Shown here: positions 63,381-64,000 of the stretch, in pieces
Numbering within the stretch: the first letter of the stretch is position 1
Layout: the number at the start of each line of letters is the position of its first letter
Source: Bilabrum cf. latius
Lineage: Eukaryota
Reading direction: 5' to 3'
Assembly (NCBI GenBank): GCA_965178125.1
Contig: OZ237762.1
Coordinates: 124,001-188,000 of the forward strand
DNA length: 64,000 nucleotides
The notes under the pieces: model-generated
Databases searched by the model: none
Told to the model about the DNA's origin: nothing
The model's input: only the letters and a program-made list of their open reading frames with translations
Made by a program: the position numbers and the translations under genes

Positions 63381-64000
63381 ATGCACGGTGCACATGTGCT
63401 TCTTGAGATGACCTGCCTCCCCAAACCGCTTACCGCACACCCCGCACTCGTGATTGCGCTCCCCACCATGCACCACGGACAAGTGCTTCTTGAGAGTGCC
63501 TGTCCGCCCGAACCGCTTACCGCACACCCCGCACTCGTGATTGCGCTCCCCACCATGCACCACGGACAAGTGCGTCTTGAGATGGCCTGCCTCCCCAAAC
63601 CGCTTCCCGCACACCGCGCACTCGTGATTGCGCTCCCCACCATGCACCACGGACAAGTGCTTCTTGAGATCGCCTGCCCGCCCAAACCGCTTCCCGCACA
63701 CCCCGCACTCATGATTGCGCTCCCCACCATGCACCACGGACAAGTGCGTCTTGAGAGTGCCTGTCCGCCCGAAGCGCTTCCCGCACACCAAGCACTCGTG
63801 ATTGCGCTCCCCACCATGCACCACGGACAAGTGTCTCTTGAGATGGCCTGCCTTCCCAAACCGCTTCCCGCACACCAAGCACTCGTGATTGCGCTCCCCA
63901 CCATGCACCACGGCCAAGTGCGTCTTGAGATTGCCTGCCTGCCCAAACTGCTTCCCGCACACCCCGCACTCGTGATTGCGCTCCCCACCATGCACCACGG
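63267..64000 (-). CDS. C2H2 zinc-finger array protein (5'-truncated); 87-bp minisatellite-like fingers
   Basis: Seven HEC-x2-CGKxFG-x4-LKxHLxVVHGGERN repeats. Confidence 0.9.
   Translation of the reverse strand, partial: VVHGGERNHECGVCGKQFGQAGNLKTHLAVVHGGERNHECLVCGKRFGKAGHLKRHLSVVHGGERNHECLVCGKRFGRTGTLKTHLSVVHGGERNHECGVCGKRFGRAGDLKKHLSVVHGGERNHECAVCGKRFGEAGHLKTHLSVVHGGERNHECGVCGKRFGRTGTLKKHLSVVHGGERNHECGVCGKRFGEAGHLKKHMCTVHAADGARLERDGDHPEPRAEGVGGGEGACLGAGEPRAL

Overview
The window has two sharply different halves. Bases 1-20739 are AT-rich and form the right part of an endogenous, mavirus-like virophage. They carry an origin-binding-protein-like SF2 helicase, the ATPase-protease-penton-MCP morphogenesis block, an rve integrase with chromodomain, a GIY-YIG nuclease and about 14 other ORFs. 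Bases 20740-64000 are GC-rich, intron-poor protist host DNA, probably from a stramenopile (inferred). The supplied ORF track is fragmented because both virus and host read TAG as a sense codon, most likely Gln. Examples are integrase P*SNG, GIY-YIG GSTC*TLS*R and host ankyrin AC*HG. TAA and TGA remain stops in the virus. With TAG=Gln the fragments join into about 21 intact viral genes and about 15 host genes. The virophage also carries 17 dispersed, fixed-length (58 bp) palindromic repeats that bracket gene modules, a tRNA-like structured ncRNA, and a ~100-nt branched terminal hairpin ending in CA at the junction with a host 82-bp minisatellite. All calls come from manual reading and motif recognition; no database searches were run.
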